Origin: a virus
Reading direction: 5' to 3' (one strand)
Length of the DNA stretch: 64,000 bases
Virus record (IMG/VR): IMGVR_UViG_3300007513_000005
Part shown: in pieces, positions 54,411 to 63,988 of the stretch
How the letters are laid out: every line of letters begins with the position of its first letter
Numbering within the stretch: the first letter of the stretch is position 1
The notes under the pieces: model-generated
The model's input: only the letters and a program-made list of their open reading frames with translations
The model's database searches: none
Told to the model about the DNA's origin: nothing
Program-made: the position numbers and the translations under genes

Positions 54411-54675
54411 CGGCGCCTCCGAAGTTTTGCTTTAGGTGGTTAAAGTAATCGGTAATCATCTCAAGGTCATCACCTTGCTTTAACATTCGATATACCTTGA
54501 CCGCCATACGCATGTCTTCTTTGGTCAACCAATCGTTCTCAGCATAACTGGATCTTAGGTCTTTCAGATGCTCCTTGAGAGGTTGCATCTCCTCTTCAAT
54601 GGCAACAAATGCCTTAATAAATTTGACGATGTGCTCGTCCTTTGTCATATGATCTTCTTCTTTATCACCAAACAT
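54403..54675 (-). CDS. dsDNA-binding protein (T4 DsbA/GapR-like)
   Basis: Helical pattern EEEMQPLKEHLKDLR...AVKVYRMLK; promoter TTGCAT-17-TATTAT upstream. Confidence 0.55.
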   Translation of the reverse strand: MFGDKEEDHMTKDEHIVKFIKAFVAIEEEMQPLKEHLKDLRSSYAENDWLTKEDMRMAVKVYRMLKQGDDLEMITDYFNHLKQNFGGADD

Positions 54676-54837
54676 AGTAACTCCTTTCCATTGGTAGAAT
54701 AATAATACTAAATTATATCAATTAATGCAAGTGTTTTTTCAAACAAAATGAAATAAAATTATTTAAGATTGAAGGGGCGGAAACATGTACCATACGTAGA
54801 TGATGGCCGCTTGCAACAACAGTAACCTTGCCATCGT

Positions 54838-55773
54838 TCACGACACCTCCTGAACCAGTAACACAATAATGATCGAAACGGACAGTCCCAACATCATCTT
54901 CATGAAGTCCTTGGCGACAAGAGGAAAGACCTTTTTCACCTTTCTATCCATTCTCGTTGCAATGGCGAGTTCACGACCACAAAGCAACCCTACAAACACC
55001 CACGTTGTGCTCATGGGAATGTTGTTCATCTGCTTTAGGTACAGTAAGATAAAAGCATAAACCGCATCGATGATTGTGGCCGAGCGCACATAAGACGTAG
55101 AGGATTTCTCAATTACTATCTGCTGTATCTTGCCACCCTTGGTATAAAAGACATACCCCAACACAGACACCAATAACACAAGCACGCCTGACAAGAACTC
55201 TACGCTCATCTGTCTTGGTGCGAACACTGCTATGTTCGCGAGGTCATGACTTAGCCAAGTGAACCATAAGAATCCCGTTGTACCCCACTGGGCGATGCGC
55301 CAGGCACGTTCATGGTCTGGTTTAACCTTCTTCTTTTCGTCTAAGTATTTGGACAGAATCATCCAAAACCCGTAAGCTACAGTTGCTGCTATGGCATATC
55401 CAAGGACACTCTTAACCAACATCTTCTCAAAAACAACAGTACTAGCAAAGGCGGATAACACCAAGAATGTCGTAGAGACTGGAATGCCATATCTTGTCAG
55501 CAACAGTAAAACACCTGGTGCTAATGCATGGTACCACTCAACTGTTACGAAAGGTATCTTCTCTAGGCGTCCGAAGGATATGTCTCCTCCATATGCAAAC
55601 CAACTGTACAAAACAGTCGCAACAAGCACTGATGAGGCAGCTGCCCACAGTTTCCACCATGGCGTCTTCTTATTCGACACCATAAACGTTCCCAAGGTTT
55701 GAACGGCATCGTTACTCATAACCGCTGTGCCAGCAAGGGTGATCCCAACAAGGGGCAAAATCATCTCTAACAT
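54838..55773 (-). CDS. PiT/Pho4-like inorganic phosphate transporter
   Basis: Multi-TM; SNDAVQTLGTF and SHDLANI signatures; PVSTT/PMSTT repeats. Confidence 0.72.
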   Translation of the reverse strand: MLEMILPLVGITLAGTAVMSNDAVQTLGTFMVSNKKTPWWKLWAAASSVLVATVLYSWFAYGGDISFGRLEKIPFVTVEWYHALAPGVLLLLTRYGIPVSTTFLVLSAFASTVVFEKMLVKSVLGYAIAATVAYGFWMILSKYLDEKKKVKPDHERAWRIAQWGTTGFLWFTWLSHDLANIAVFAPRQMSVEFLSGVLVLLVSVLGYVFYTKGGKIQQIVIEKSSTSYVRSATIIDAVYAFILLYLKQMNNIPMSTTWVFVGLLCGRELAIATRMDRKVKKVFPLVAKDFMKMMLGLSVSIIIVLLVQEVS

Positions 55774-55800
55774 TTCTATAAACTCCTTTTAACTTGGATA

Positions 55801-55854
55801 AGTATACTCTATGTTAGAGATGTTGTTGTGCCATTTGTGTGAAGTGTTTGAGAC
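55801..55854 (-). promoter_or_regulatory. Pho-box-like 11-nt direct repeats plus -10 element
   Basis: GTCTCA/TTCACA/GGCACA/ATCTCT at exact 11-nt period, then TATACT 9 nt downstream; no canonical -35. Confidence 0.55.
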
Positions 55855-55863
55855 AAGCAGGAG

Positions 55864-57726
55864 TCAAACAAACTTAATTTCACAAGCTCCGCCAGCGCAG
55901 GCAATTTCGCCCTGCAGATCTGTATTGTCTTCCTCTTCAACAACCTTTGAGAGGTCAACCTTAGTGAGGGATGCCATCATCGCTTCATAGGTCTCCTCTG
56001 CGCAGTCTTCGAAGGGTGCCTGGGTGTACGTTCCACCATCGTATGGCAGCACTGACAGTCCATTATAACTGTTCCTATTTTCCCACATCCATTCACCGAC
56101 GTCGACCCACTCAGCGTCCTTGATCGACACAGTTGCAGAAATATTGTGAGTATTCTGACCCTTTCGGAAACCTGGCTTTACCCATTCGTCCGTCACCTGC
56201 TTTACTCTCTTAAGCAACTGAAGAGCAGACTCTGTTCTCATTATAGCACCTTCTGGGGCTCGCTGAGGGATGGAGATAACTGCCGTACTGTGTGGGCTAA
56301 AGTACTCGTCTTCAACCAACTCAGGATGATTCTTCGCCAAGTAAGAATAAATCGGTTCATTCTTGCCAACACGAATACGACGAACATAAAAATCATTGTG
56401 CCAAGCATGAATACCAGAGGAAGTACCAAGCGCAAGACTTGTGGTACCAGCTGGTTTAACACATGTTGTTCTAGCTGCTGGTTTTACACCAATCAACTCT
56501 GCGACTCTAGCATTCTCCTTCTTGACAGTAGCGGCAGCTGCCTTCATATCCAAAAGAAGAACCTTGCCAGATGCAATACCCGTCATCGATACGCCAATGA
56601 GTGCATCTTTCTCTGTTGTTCTTCTCCATACGTCTCTAAGATAATGAAAATCAGTGTAACTCGCCTGAAGTGTTCCGATAAAACTAGCAGCGCGGACTCT
56701 GCTCTCCAAGTCCTCCTGCCCTTCCAAATCAGATACATTTACCTCAGTCAAATTACAAAACTGATACGGTCGGAGACCTATTTCACAGCAAGGGTTAGTG
56801 CCCCAGTCCTTATCATTGGAGAAGTAAAACCCAGGTTCTCCTGCCCCTGATGCTTTGACTCGGTCCCACAAATTCATAAAATATTCTTTATCAATCTTGT
56901 GTCTCAATAATACAACTGAGTTGTTTGCACGTCCTCTCTGTGGGTTTGTCTCCCACCAGTTGCCAGTCTTAGCAGAGATCATCTCCTCGTCGTCTGCTGA
57001 GAATAGCGATATAAGCGCTGCCCTGCGGATACCTCCCGCAAGTACAGCGTCTGCGATATGGCAAACCATATCGTGAACTTCAATAGAAGAAAGTTTGTCA
57101 CCGCTCTCCTTTTCAGATAACATACCTTCCAACTTCACAAGACACTCTCTTAGTGGTTGTGGTCCAGGTGCTTTGCCTCCCGATGTTACGAGTGCCGCGC
57201 CTTTTGGACGGATGTCTGTATAATCAAATCTAAGTCTAGAACCTCCATTGAAATAGGAACGAACCAATGCCTTTACAGCATCTGCCCAACCTTCAATAGA
57301 GTCGTTGACCAAAAACCTTCGTGTTCTTTTCATGTTTGGTCTAGTAATTTCTGGTAGTTTTTCGACGTGATGCTTTTGAACACTATATCCAACACCCGTA
57401 CCACCAAGCAGCAAGAACATCGCCTCGCCGAATGATCGCCAATCATCGATTGGCATGAAAGCGCAGTTAAAAATCCTGTTAGGAGCAACCTCAATTGGTT
57501 TGCCGCCAAACTGCAGGGACCTCATAGAAGGCAAAACCTTCTTGTCAAACACCAACTTATAATTTTTTCTAATCTGCAACTCTAGTTCTGGAAACTTCTT
57601 TAAGTGCATCTCCATATTTCTTGTAACCAGTTCATGCCACGTCTCTCTCCTGTTCTTTTCTGGCACATACTTGGCATATTTCATGTGCACAGTTATTTCT
57701 GACAAAATGTCATTTGATAAACTCAC
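55864..57726 (-). CDS. nrdJ: Class II (AdoCbl) monomeric ribonucleotide reductase
   Basis: LPSMRSL, FNCAF, GGIRRAA, TNPCCEI...FCNL, TCVKPAGT, C-terminal CAGGAC. Confidence 0.93.
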   Translation of the reverse strand: MSLSNDILSEITVHMKYAKYVPEKNRRETWHELVTRNMEMHLKKFPELELQIRKNYKLVFDKKVLPSMRSLQFGGKPIEVAPNRIFNCAFMPIDDWRSFGEAMFLLLGGTGVGYSVQKHHVEKLPEITRPNMKRTRRFLVNDSIEGWADAVKALVRSYFNGGSRLRFDYTDIRPKGAALVTSGGKAPGPQPLRECLVKLEGMLSEKESGDKLSSIEVHDMVCHIADAVLAGGIRRAALISLFSADDEEMISAKTGNWWETNPQRGRANNSVVLLRHKIDKEYFMNLWDRVKASGAGEPGFYFSNDKDWGTNPCCEIGLRPYQFCNLTEVNVSDLEGQEDLESRVRAASFIGTLQASYTDFHYLRDVWRRTTEKDALIGVSMTGIASGKVLLLDMKAAAATVKKENARVAELIGVKPAARTTCVKPAGTTSLALGTSSGIHAWHNDFYVRRIRVGKNEPIYSYLAKNHPELVEDEYFSPHSTAVISIPQRAPEGAIMRTESALQLLKRVKQVTDEWVKPGFRKGQNTHNISATVSIKDAEWVDVGEWMWENRNSYNGLSVLPYDGGTYTQAPFEDCAEETYEAMMASLTKVDLSKVVEEEDNTDLQGEIACAGGACEIKFV

Positions 57727-59105
57727 TTCTTCGACCCTCCTTTAAACTCTTTATACTTTTCATTCAATAATTTCTTTTGTTTCTTTGCTGCATCTTTAAC
57801 AATATCTTCCATCTCCTCTTGCGTCATCGCCTTCGGCAAGACCTTGATTTTGACATTAGCAGTATCCATAAATATGGGGTATATCATACCATCGGGACCA
57901 TTTCTGTTCTTTGCGATGTAAATTCTTCCACTATTGGTATTTTTGTCCTCAACAGTTCTTGAGACAGAGAAAATAAAATCCGCGACGAAGCACTTATTGA
58001 ATGCTTCAGATATTGACTCCATAGTAATAACCTCTGCATTGAGACCAGACCGATTAGTCTGGGAGGCGGTCCAAATTGGGCAACCGACCTCCTGTGAAAT
58101 GCCACGCAATTCTTCATAAATAGCCTCAAGTTGGTGTCTTTTCTCTTCTTTTGAGGATCCCTCTGGTTTTATCAAGTCAGCATAATCTACAATAATTAGA
58201 TCTGGAACAAACTCCTGGTTTTTCATCTTCTCGATGTGGTTCTTTATCGTCTGGATAGTAGCTGACCTAGTAGGATACTCTTTTACGATGAGTTTACCTT
58301 TTAAATCCTTCAAGTCATCGTAAATCTGTTCCTTGAATGCTGTTATGTCATTGAGATGATACCCAGTAATGCAACTATCATATCTATTGGCGACAACAGT
58401 GTCAGCCAACTCTAGAGTGTAGTGCACCACATTCTTTCCTTCCTGCAGCGCTTTAGATCCAAGATGAACTAGCACCATGGACTTGCCAGCACCTGTTGGT
58501 GCAATCACAACACCAAGTTCACCCTTTCCAAGCCCACCTTTAGAGATATCGTCAAGTGGATCCCACCCAGTAGTAACTGGATTTCTTGCCTTCTTTTCAA
58601 ATCGCTGTTCAAAATCCTCCATATAATCATACCCGAGGTCATTTGAGGTTCCTAGTTTGATTGCATCGTTGATTACTTTTGCAACCTGGTCAAACGATGA
58701 CTTCTTTAACAGCGGAACACACCTGATCATCGCTTCTTGTAACTTCTGCTTCTTACAGAAGTCAAGGGCAGTATCCTTTATATATCCAGACTCTGAATGG
58801 TTGATTTCTTGAGACAATACCCTAGCATAATAATCCCTCAACATCTTCTGCACAGAGTCTTGCTCCTCAGTGATGCCAGTTCGCAATATGCTGGTCATTA
58901 TCTTTCTAGTGGGGTGTACGCCATACTTTTTCTTATACCCCTTGATCTTGTTAACAAAGACTCTGAGATAAGTTAATTCAAGGAAATTTATGTCCAAGAC
59001 CTCAAAGATCTGATCCGCAAAGGGACGATCATCCAAGATTAAGTGGCACAGGTTTTCTTGAAAGTTCTTTCCGAACTTAGAGAAGTCTTGATTCATTTTA
59101 TCCAT
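57723..59105 (-). CDS. Replicative DNA helicase (DnaB/gp41-like)
   Basis: APTGAGKS, YTLEL, IIVDYAD, ASQTNR, AKNRNG. Confidence 0.92.
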   Translation of the reverse strand: MDKMNQDFSKFGKNFQENLCHLILDDRPFADQIFEVLDINFLELTYLRVFVNKIKGYKKKYGVHPTRKIMTSILRTGITEEQDSVQKMLRDYYARVLSQEINHSESGYIKDTALDFCKKQKLQEAMIRCVPLLKKSSFDQVAKVINDAIKLGTSNDLGYDYMEDFEQRFEKKARNPVTTGWDPLDDISKGGLGKGELGVVIAPTGAGKSMVLVHLGSKALQEGKNVVHYTLELADTVVANRYDSCITGYHLNDITAFKEQIYDDLKDLKGKLIVKEYPTRSATIQTIKNHIEKMKNQEFVPDLIIVDYADLIKPEGSSKEEKRHQLEAIYEELRGISQEVGCPIWTASQTNRSGLNAEVITMESISEAFNKCFVADFIFSVSRTVEDKNTNSGRIYIAKNRNGPDGMIYPIFMDTANVKIKVLPKAMTQEEMEDIVKDAAKKQKKLLNEKYKEFKGGSKK

Positions 59106-60073
59106 TAGTTATAACTTACTCCTGATTCGATCATCGCATTGAATGTAGTCTTCAAGCAATCGATATTCAGGGAAGTCGCACCATCAACAGACATCATCTT
59201 GTTTATCTCGGTCTTGTTGAACATGGGTTTATATTCCTCAAAGGTTGAATTAATAAAGTTGGCACATTGAATGGAGATGAGCGGTGTACTCAGCTGCATT
59301 ATAGAGTAATTATCGCACACCTTCTTGTAATCGTCAATTACTTTATGATAAATTGCAAGTTTAGATTCTTCCCGCTCAGAATGCTCCTTGAGATCACTCA
59401 AATAGTAATCCCTCTCTTCGGAAAGAAACGGAAATGCCTTAGCAACAGTCTTAAGTCCAACACCCTGGAGTCCATCGATGTTGTCACTCTTGTCTCCAAC
59501 CATCGCCCTGGCAAGGGCAAAGTTACAGGGATGGATAGAATGTTCTTCCAGCACTCTGCTAGTATTTAGAATCTGATCCTGTGTTGGTCTCAACAGGAGC
59601 GTCCTATCGTCCAACAGCTGTATAAAATCCTTATCACTAGACACAACAACCTTTCGCCATTCCTGAAAGAGTGGCATTGATTTGACGTAAGCAATTACAT
59701 CGTCCGCTTCGACATTTGGTTGCCTAAACTGGATGATGGGAGTTTGGTTAACGTACTCAATACACCTAACCTGCTGCCAAATCTTATTTGTGTGAATCTC
59801 TGCAGGATTCATAGACTGGGACCATCGATTTAATTTCGGCGGCTTTCTACCTACCTTATAGTTCTTGTTCTGTTGTCGTCTTTTATTAGATCCATTGTCA
59901 CCATCCCACACAACAACCAAAAGGTCGGGTTTGATCTGTCGGCACAACTTATTCATCGTTTGCAGAAAACCAACCACACCTCCGATGGGGTCGCCATTGG
60001 GTGACATAGTGGGATTAACAATGTAGGATCTCATAAACTGGTTTTGCGCATCTACCAGCATTAACCTCTTCAT
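59105..60073 (-). CDS. 5'-3' exonuclease / RNase H (FEN family)
   Basis: LVDAQN, WDG, EADDVI, SSDKDF, GDKSDNIDG. Confidence 0.92.
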   Translation of the reverse strand: MKRLMLVDAQNQFMRSYIVNPTMSPNGDPIGGVVGFLQTMNKLCRQIKPDLLVVVWDGDNGSNKRRQQNKNYKVGRKPPKLNRWSQSMNPAEIHTNKIWQQVRCIEYVNQTPIIQFRQPNVEADDVIAYVKSMPLFQEWRKVVVSSDKDFIQLLDDRTLLLRPTQDQILNTSRVLEEHSIHPCNFALARAMVGDKSDNIDGLQGVGLKTVAKAFPFLSEERDYYLSDLKEHSEREESKLAIYHKVIDDYKKVCDNYSIMQLSTPLISIQCANFINSTFEEYKPMFNKTEINKMMSVDGATSLNIDCLKTTFNAMIESGVSYN

Positions 60074-60086
60074 ATAACTCCTTAGT

Positions 60087-60115
60087 AAAAAAAACCCCCT
60101 GCTTTCACAGGGGGT
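60087..60115 (-). terminator. Intrinsic terminator after recA
   Basis: ACCCCCTG-TGAAAG-CAGGGGGT followed by a T run. Confidence 0.85.
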
Positions 60116-60130
60116 CGACCGAACACTATG

Positions 60131-61270
60131 TCAGTCTTTGGTGGGGGGATCCTCCTGATCATAAAAATCAGAAGCGTTTCCTGTTTTGTTGCTGAATTTC
60201 ATTATAACATCATCATCCATGATTTGCAAAACTCTTTTCTTAAATCTCTCATCTTGCAATTTCGAAACCCAATGTGCTCTCTGAAATTTCTCTTCCGTTC
60301 CGTCACTATGAACAAGAGCGTACCAAGCACCTGACTGCTTCAGGTTTTCAGAAATTTGAATTGCATCGAACCAACTTTCCTTATCTTGTACACCGACAGT
60401 ATCGGAATCACCCCAAAGGATCTTAAAGTTGCAAGTTCTACCAGTTGACCCAAATCGAGACTTTTCAATCTTACACTTCACTTCGGAACCAATCCTAAAA
60501 CCATTGTCATCCGTGACAAATGATGCCTTTGCCTTCCTTCCAGTTAACCACACTCTTAGAGAGTAGGAATATGGCAAAGTCTTACCACCTGGTGTCATGT
60601 AAGGCGTTGTCAATGCCTCAGATGGGGACCTAGTGATATTTGTTTTAAGTTGGTTTAATACCAACAGTGTAGCGCCAGCATTCGCAATAGGTTGTACCAA
60701 CTTGGGCATACCCTTAGATAACACTCGCGCCTTCATTGCCATCGACGATTGGGGATTGTAGTCCGATTCCAAATCATGCTCTGATGGAGTGAGTGCCAGG
60801 GAGTCCCAGATAAACAACCACTTTTGAGGCATCTTCAAGAGATCCTCAATTGTGGCCATCACCATCTCCACAGAGTGTGCCTGTACATAAATTAACCCAT
60901 TGTCTTCATCTTCAAGATCACATCCCGCTCTCGAAAGAAACTCTGGATCAATCGCCGACTCTGAATCAAAATATGCTACACGGTATCCCATCTGCTGTGC
61001 ATTAGCTGCTACCTGAGCTGCCATAAAAGACTTGCCCGTCGCTTCGAGACCTGCTATCTCGGAGATCTTCCCTACGGGAATTCCAGCGAGTCGACCCTTA
61101 CAAATAATAGAGTCTAACCATCTGGATCCCGTAGGAATCCACTCCTTGACCTTGGTTGGGTTCTCCTCCTTGAGATTATAAGCAACAACACCACCAGCAG
61201 ACTTGTTGAGTGACTTTATAATGTCCTTCGTGGACAAACCTCCTGGTTTCATTTTTGTTACTTTTGCCAT
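60131..61270 (-). CDS. recA: RecA/UvsX recombinase
   Basis: IPTGS, GLEATGKS, FDSE, WDSLA, LNQLK, TPGGK. Confidence 0.93.
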   Translation of the reverse strand: MAKVTKMKPGGLSTKDIIKSLNKSAGGVVAYNLKEENPTKVKEWIPTGSRWLDSIICKGRLAGIPVGKISEIAGLEATGKSFMAAQVAANAQQMGYRVAYFDSESAIDPEFLSRAGCDLEDEDNGLIYVQAHSVEMVMATIEDLLKMPQKWLFIWDSLALTPSEHDLESDYNPQSSMAMKARVLSKGMPKLVQPIANAGATLLVLNQLKTNITRSPSEALTTPYMTPGGKTLPYSYSLRVWLTGRKAKASFVTDDNGFRIGSEVKCKIEKSRFGSTGRTCNFKILWGDSDTVGVQDKESWFDAIQISENLKQSGAWYALVHSDGTEEKFQRAHWVSKLQDERFKKRVLQIMDDDVIMKFSNKTGNASDFYDQEDPPTKD

Positions 61271-61281
61271 CCTACGTCACC

Positions 61282-62037
61282 TCAACCAAGAAGCTCATTA
61301 AATGCTGATGAGACAGCATCTGTTTCAGACTTGACCTCCGTGTTGCCACCTCCACGAGTGATCTCGGACTTGTCCGTATCGCCACTAAGATGTGCATCTA
61401 GGATTCCTCTCACTTCTTCGGTCGTCTTTCTTTCAAAGACACTGTCAATGTTCGGAACCTTTTCCAACAACTCTGCACATCGCTCGTCGCCGCCCACAGC
61501 GTCGTCACAAAGAACCGACTTGCGAGGGCGTGGTCGAATGTCTGTTGTAGGATAAGAAGCACCAGGCTGCTTACCGTACATCAACTTGAGGTCATTACCG
61601 TCCTCTGGATCAGTAATATCCCCATAATCAGGATCAAGGACGATGCCGAGAAGTTTCTGGTATGCTAACTTACCATAACCCCAGACCTTGACGCCTTCTG
61701 CCTCTTCCCCTCTCACCAAGACGGGTGAAAAGAATCTCTGCTTCGCAAACATACCCTTGGCGAGTTGCTTGCTCTCTTCGGTGCCTTCGTTCCATAGTTG
61801 ATTTGCGAAATCACAGACTGGACACTTATCTCCGAAGTTTCGTTTTGGACACAAGAAGGATTGATCACCCACTCCATAGTGGAAAAACTTCTCCTTGAAT
61901 GGGTCGCCATCCGCTGTCGGAACAATACGAATATTGTTCTCACCATCTTGTGGACGCCAGAAGTTGTTCTTCTTACCGTCACCCTTTCCTGATAATGAAG
62001 CCATCTTTTGCTTCATAAGATCTAAATTCAGTGCCAT
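61282..62037 (-). CDS. Single-stranded DNA-binding protein (gp32-like)
   Basis: FWRP...NIRIVP...CPKRNFGDKCPVC...RFF...VWGYGK...DITDP; acidic tail. Confidence 0.85.
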   Translation of the reverse strand: MALNLDLMKQKMASLSGKGDGKKNNFWRPQDGENNIRIVPTADGDPFKEKFFHYGVGDQSFLCPKRNFGDKCPVCDFANQLWNEGTEESKQLAKGMFAKQRFFSPVLVRGEEAEGVKVWGYGKLAYQKLLGIVLDPDYGDITDPEDGNDLKLMYGKQPGASYPTTDIRPRPRKSVLCDDAVGGDERCAELLEKVPNIDSVFERKTTEEVRGILDAHLSGDTDKSEITRGGGNTEVKSETDAVSSAFNELLG

Positions 62038-62116
62038 TTTTATTACCTCCTATGGTATGTTATTTTTTTGCACACTTTCGGCTATAGCGGGTCAGCAAAT
62101 CTTCTGACCAACTTTC

Positions 62117-62150
62117 TATACTATACTAAACGTTTTTTTGTTTGTCAACT
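62117..62150 (-). promoter_or_regulatory. sigma70 promoter; copy 1 of a 34-nt direct repeat
   Basis: TTGACA-17-TATAGT; 31/34 identical to 63417-63450. Confidence 0.8.
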
Positions 62151-63388
62151 TAATTGTCTAATTCTTTAAAGTTTTTTCTTACGTGATCGATGTCGTAAAG
62201 TTGCCCAACAGTCTCTACTGGATAAGATTGCGATTGCCCCATATACTTGACATTCAAGGTGACGCTTGGATAGGCGTCGCCGATAAGACGATCTAGGTAA
62301 TCGTGAAACTTAATTCGATGATTGTGCAAGTTTTTATCACCGCCCGAACCGGTAAGAGAAACTAGGACTCTAACTTCTTCTGGCAGTGCGCCGTTGTTCT
62401 GCTCCCGATGGTTCACAATCATGTTCCACAAGTCTCCACAGATCTGTCTTTTTGTGCCGTTTGCTTTTCCACTGTGTCTCTTGACGATAACCTTGTTAGA
62501 GTTTACGGACTCCTTCTCTTCTGATTCCATCTTAATCATTTCTGCATCAGAATATGAATACGCTGCTTTTTGTTCTTGATAGCACCAACTATTAAACACA
62601 TTCGTAATACACTTTGTTGCATATTCCTCGGACCAACGATATCCACTATCTTTGATAACATCTGGAAGCAAAAAATCAACGATTTTAGTTCTCAACCTAC
62701 CTCGCTGACTCTTCAGTGATCTTCTAGTAGAATTGTCAATCCTTTGATCTTCAAGTTGGCGGTTAATCTGATTGACAGCGGCAATCTCGTCTTGCAAGAC
62801 GCCAGAACCTGTTGTTAGCGCAGAAGCAATGCCATTCTTAATTGCTGCCTCACTGTTTGGTTCTCCGTTGTCTGGATGAGAATTTAGTTGTCTCAAATAT
62901 CTGTTCTTCTCATATCTTGTTTTAAGTGACATGAAATCCCTATCCAATATTGCTGGAAAATAAGTAAGATTTGTCAGAGGAAGCATTGCGTCCCTGTTGA
63001 ATCCTCCTATGCCCTCTAGAATATGGGTTACGTTGTTCAAATTATTGTATGGTATGAGATTTAGGGGGGTTCTAATTCCAAACTCTAATTTTCCACGCTC
63101 ATTAAGTACACCCTGATTCGCTTGAGCGGCAAACTGTTTGACCTTCGCATGATTGATTGTATCAGGGCGCACCTGATACTTTGACCTTTGCTTATTGTAG
63201 ACCTGCTCACCTACCTTCACAGCGATTAATCCTTCAATGTGTTCTTTGTGGTTTGAATCAAACATTTCTGGTTTAAATGCATTGTTTTCGTTACAACACT
63301 GCTTGATTCTCTCAGGCGTGTTGCAGTACTCAATAATCTGCTGAAACACGTCCTTGGTTTGTGGAAAATCCACTACGTTGTGAGGCAT
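62150..63388 (-). CDS. ParB/Srx-like domain orphan protein
   Basis: YQVRPDTIN...TPLNL...GIGGFNR pattern; bounded by duplicated promoters. Confidence 0.5.
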   Translation of the reverse strand: MPHNVVDFPQTKDVFQQIIEYCNTPERIKQCCNENNAFKPEMFDSNHKEHIEGLIAVKVGEQVYNKQRSKYQVRPDTINHAKVKQFAAQANQGVLNERGKLEFGIRTPLNLIPYNNLNNVTHILEGIGGFNRDAMLPLTNLTYFPAILDRDFMSLKTRYEKNRYLRQLNSHPDNGEPNSEAAIKNGIASALTTGSGVLQDEIAAVNQINRQLEDQRIDNSTRRSLKSQRGRLRTKIVDFLLPDVIKDSGYRWSEEYATKCITNVFNSWCYQEQKAAYSYSDAEMIKMESEEKESVNSNKVIVKRHSGKANGTKRQICGDLWNMIVNHREQNNGALPEEVRVLVSLTGSGGDKNLHNHRIKFHDYLDRLIGDAYPSVTLNVKYMGQSQSYPVETVGQLYDIDHVRKNFKELDN

Positions 63389-63416
63389 TTGGGCCCTCCT
63401 TTTCTTTTATTGTTTT

Positions 63417-63450
63417 TATACTATACTAAATGTTTATTTGCTTGTCAACT
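63417..63450 (-). promoter_or_regulatory. sigma70 promoter; copy 2 of a 34-nt direct repeat
   Basis: TTGACA-17-TATAGT overlapping the tk stop codon. Confidence 0.8.
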
Positions 63451-63988
63451 GTTTTTTGTAATGTTTGAAACATCTTGGTTCATACATTTCTGAACCGCCA
63501 ATTAATAACTCTCTGTCGTCCTCAAACTTTCTAAAAGTGAAGTAAGCATCTCTACCACACTTAGAGCAGACTGATGGACACTTCACCACGTTCGTTGCCC
63601 AGGGCATCATCTTTGACACTTCCTTAAAAGGTTCTGCCTTTGAGGATAGGTCCAGACTCGATACTAACACAGAGACACCTGACTTGTAAAGACTTATTGC
63701 AACATTACTTACACCTTTTATCATAAACGCTTCGTCGATGGCAACCACTTCGGCAGGATTCTCCTTTAAATGTCGGAGAATGTCCGCTCCAGACGTGACG
63801 CAATGAGCATCGATGCGTCCACCGTTGTGAGTTACTATCTCTCCAGCAGAATACCTGTCGTCGATCATTGGTTTGAATGCCAAGATCTTCTTTCCTTGAT
63901 ATTTGTATCTTTCCAGTGCTGCAATAAGTCTTGTTGTCTTTGATCCAAACATCGGACCAACAAACATGACTAGGTCAGGGTTTTTCAA
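63434..63988 (-). CDS. tdk: Thymidine kinase (type II)
   Basis: GPMFGSKT, IDDRY, IDEAF, CSKC, GGSEMYEPRC. Confidence 0.95.
   Translation of the reverse strand: MKNPDLVMFVGPMFGSKTTRLIAALERYKYQGKKILAFKPMIDDRYSAGEIVTHNGGRIDAHCVTSGADILRHLKENPAEVVAIDEAFMIKGVSNVAISLYKSGVSVLVSSLDLSSKAEPFKEVSKMMPWATNVVKCPSVCSKCGRDAYFTFRKFEDDRELLIGGSEMYEPRCFKHYKKQLTSK

Noticed and set aside
54764-54835. 23-aa hydrophobic ORF MARLLLLQAAIIYVWYMFPPLQS
   Set aside because: SD spacing is long and a competing GTG frame exists; cannot be supported without translation data.
56146-56850. 234-aa plus-strand ORF
   Set aside because: Antisense to nrdJ, no recognisable motif.
57727-57800. Cobalamin riboswitch for class II RNR
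   Set aside because: nrdJ start overlaps the helicase stop; there is no UTR.
45629-61270. Inteins or introns in dnaE, nrdJ, helicase or recA
   Set aside because: Lengths and motif spacing look normal; no intein splice motifs or LAGLIDADG seen.
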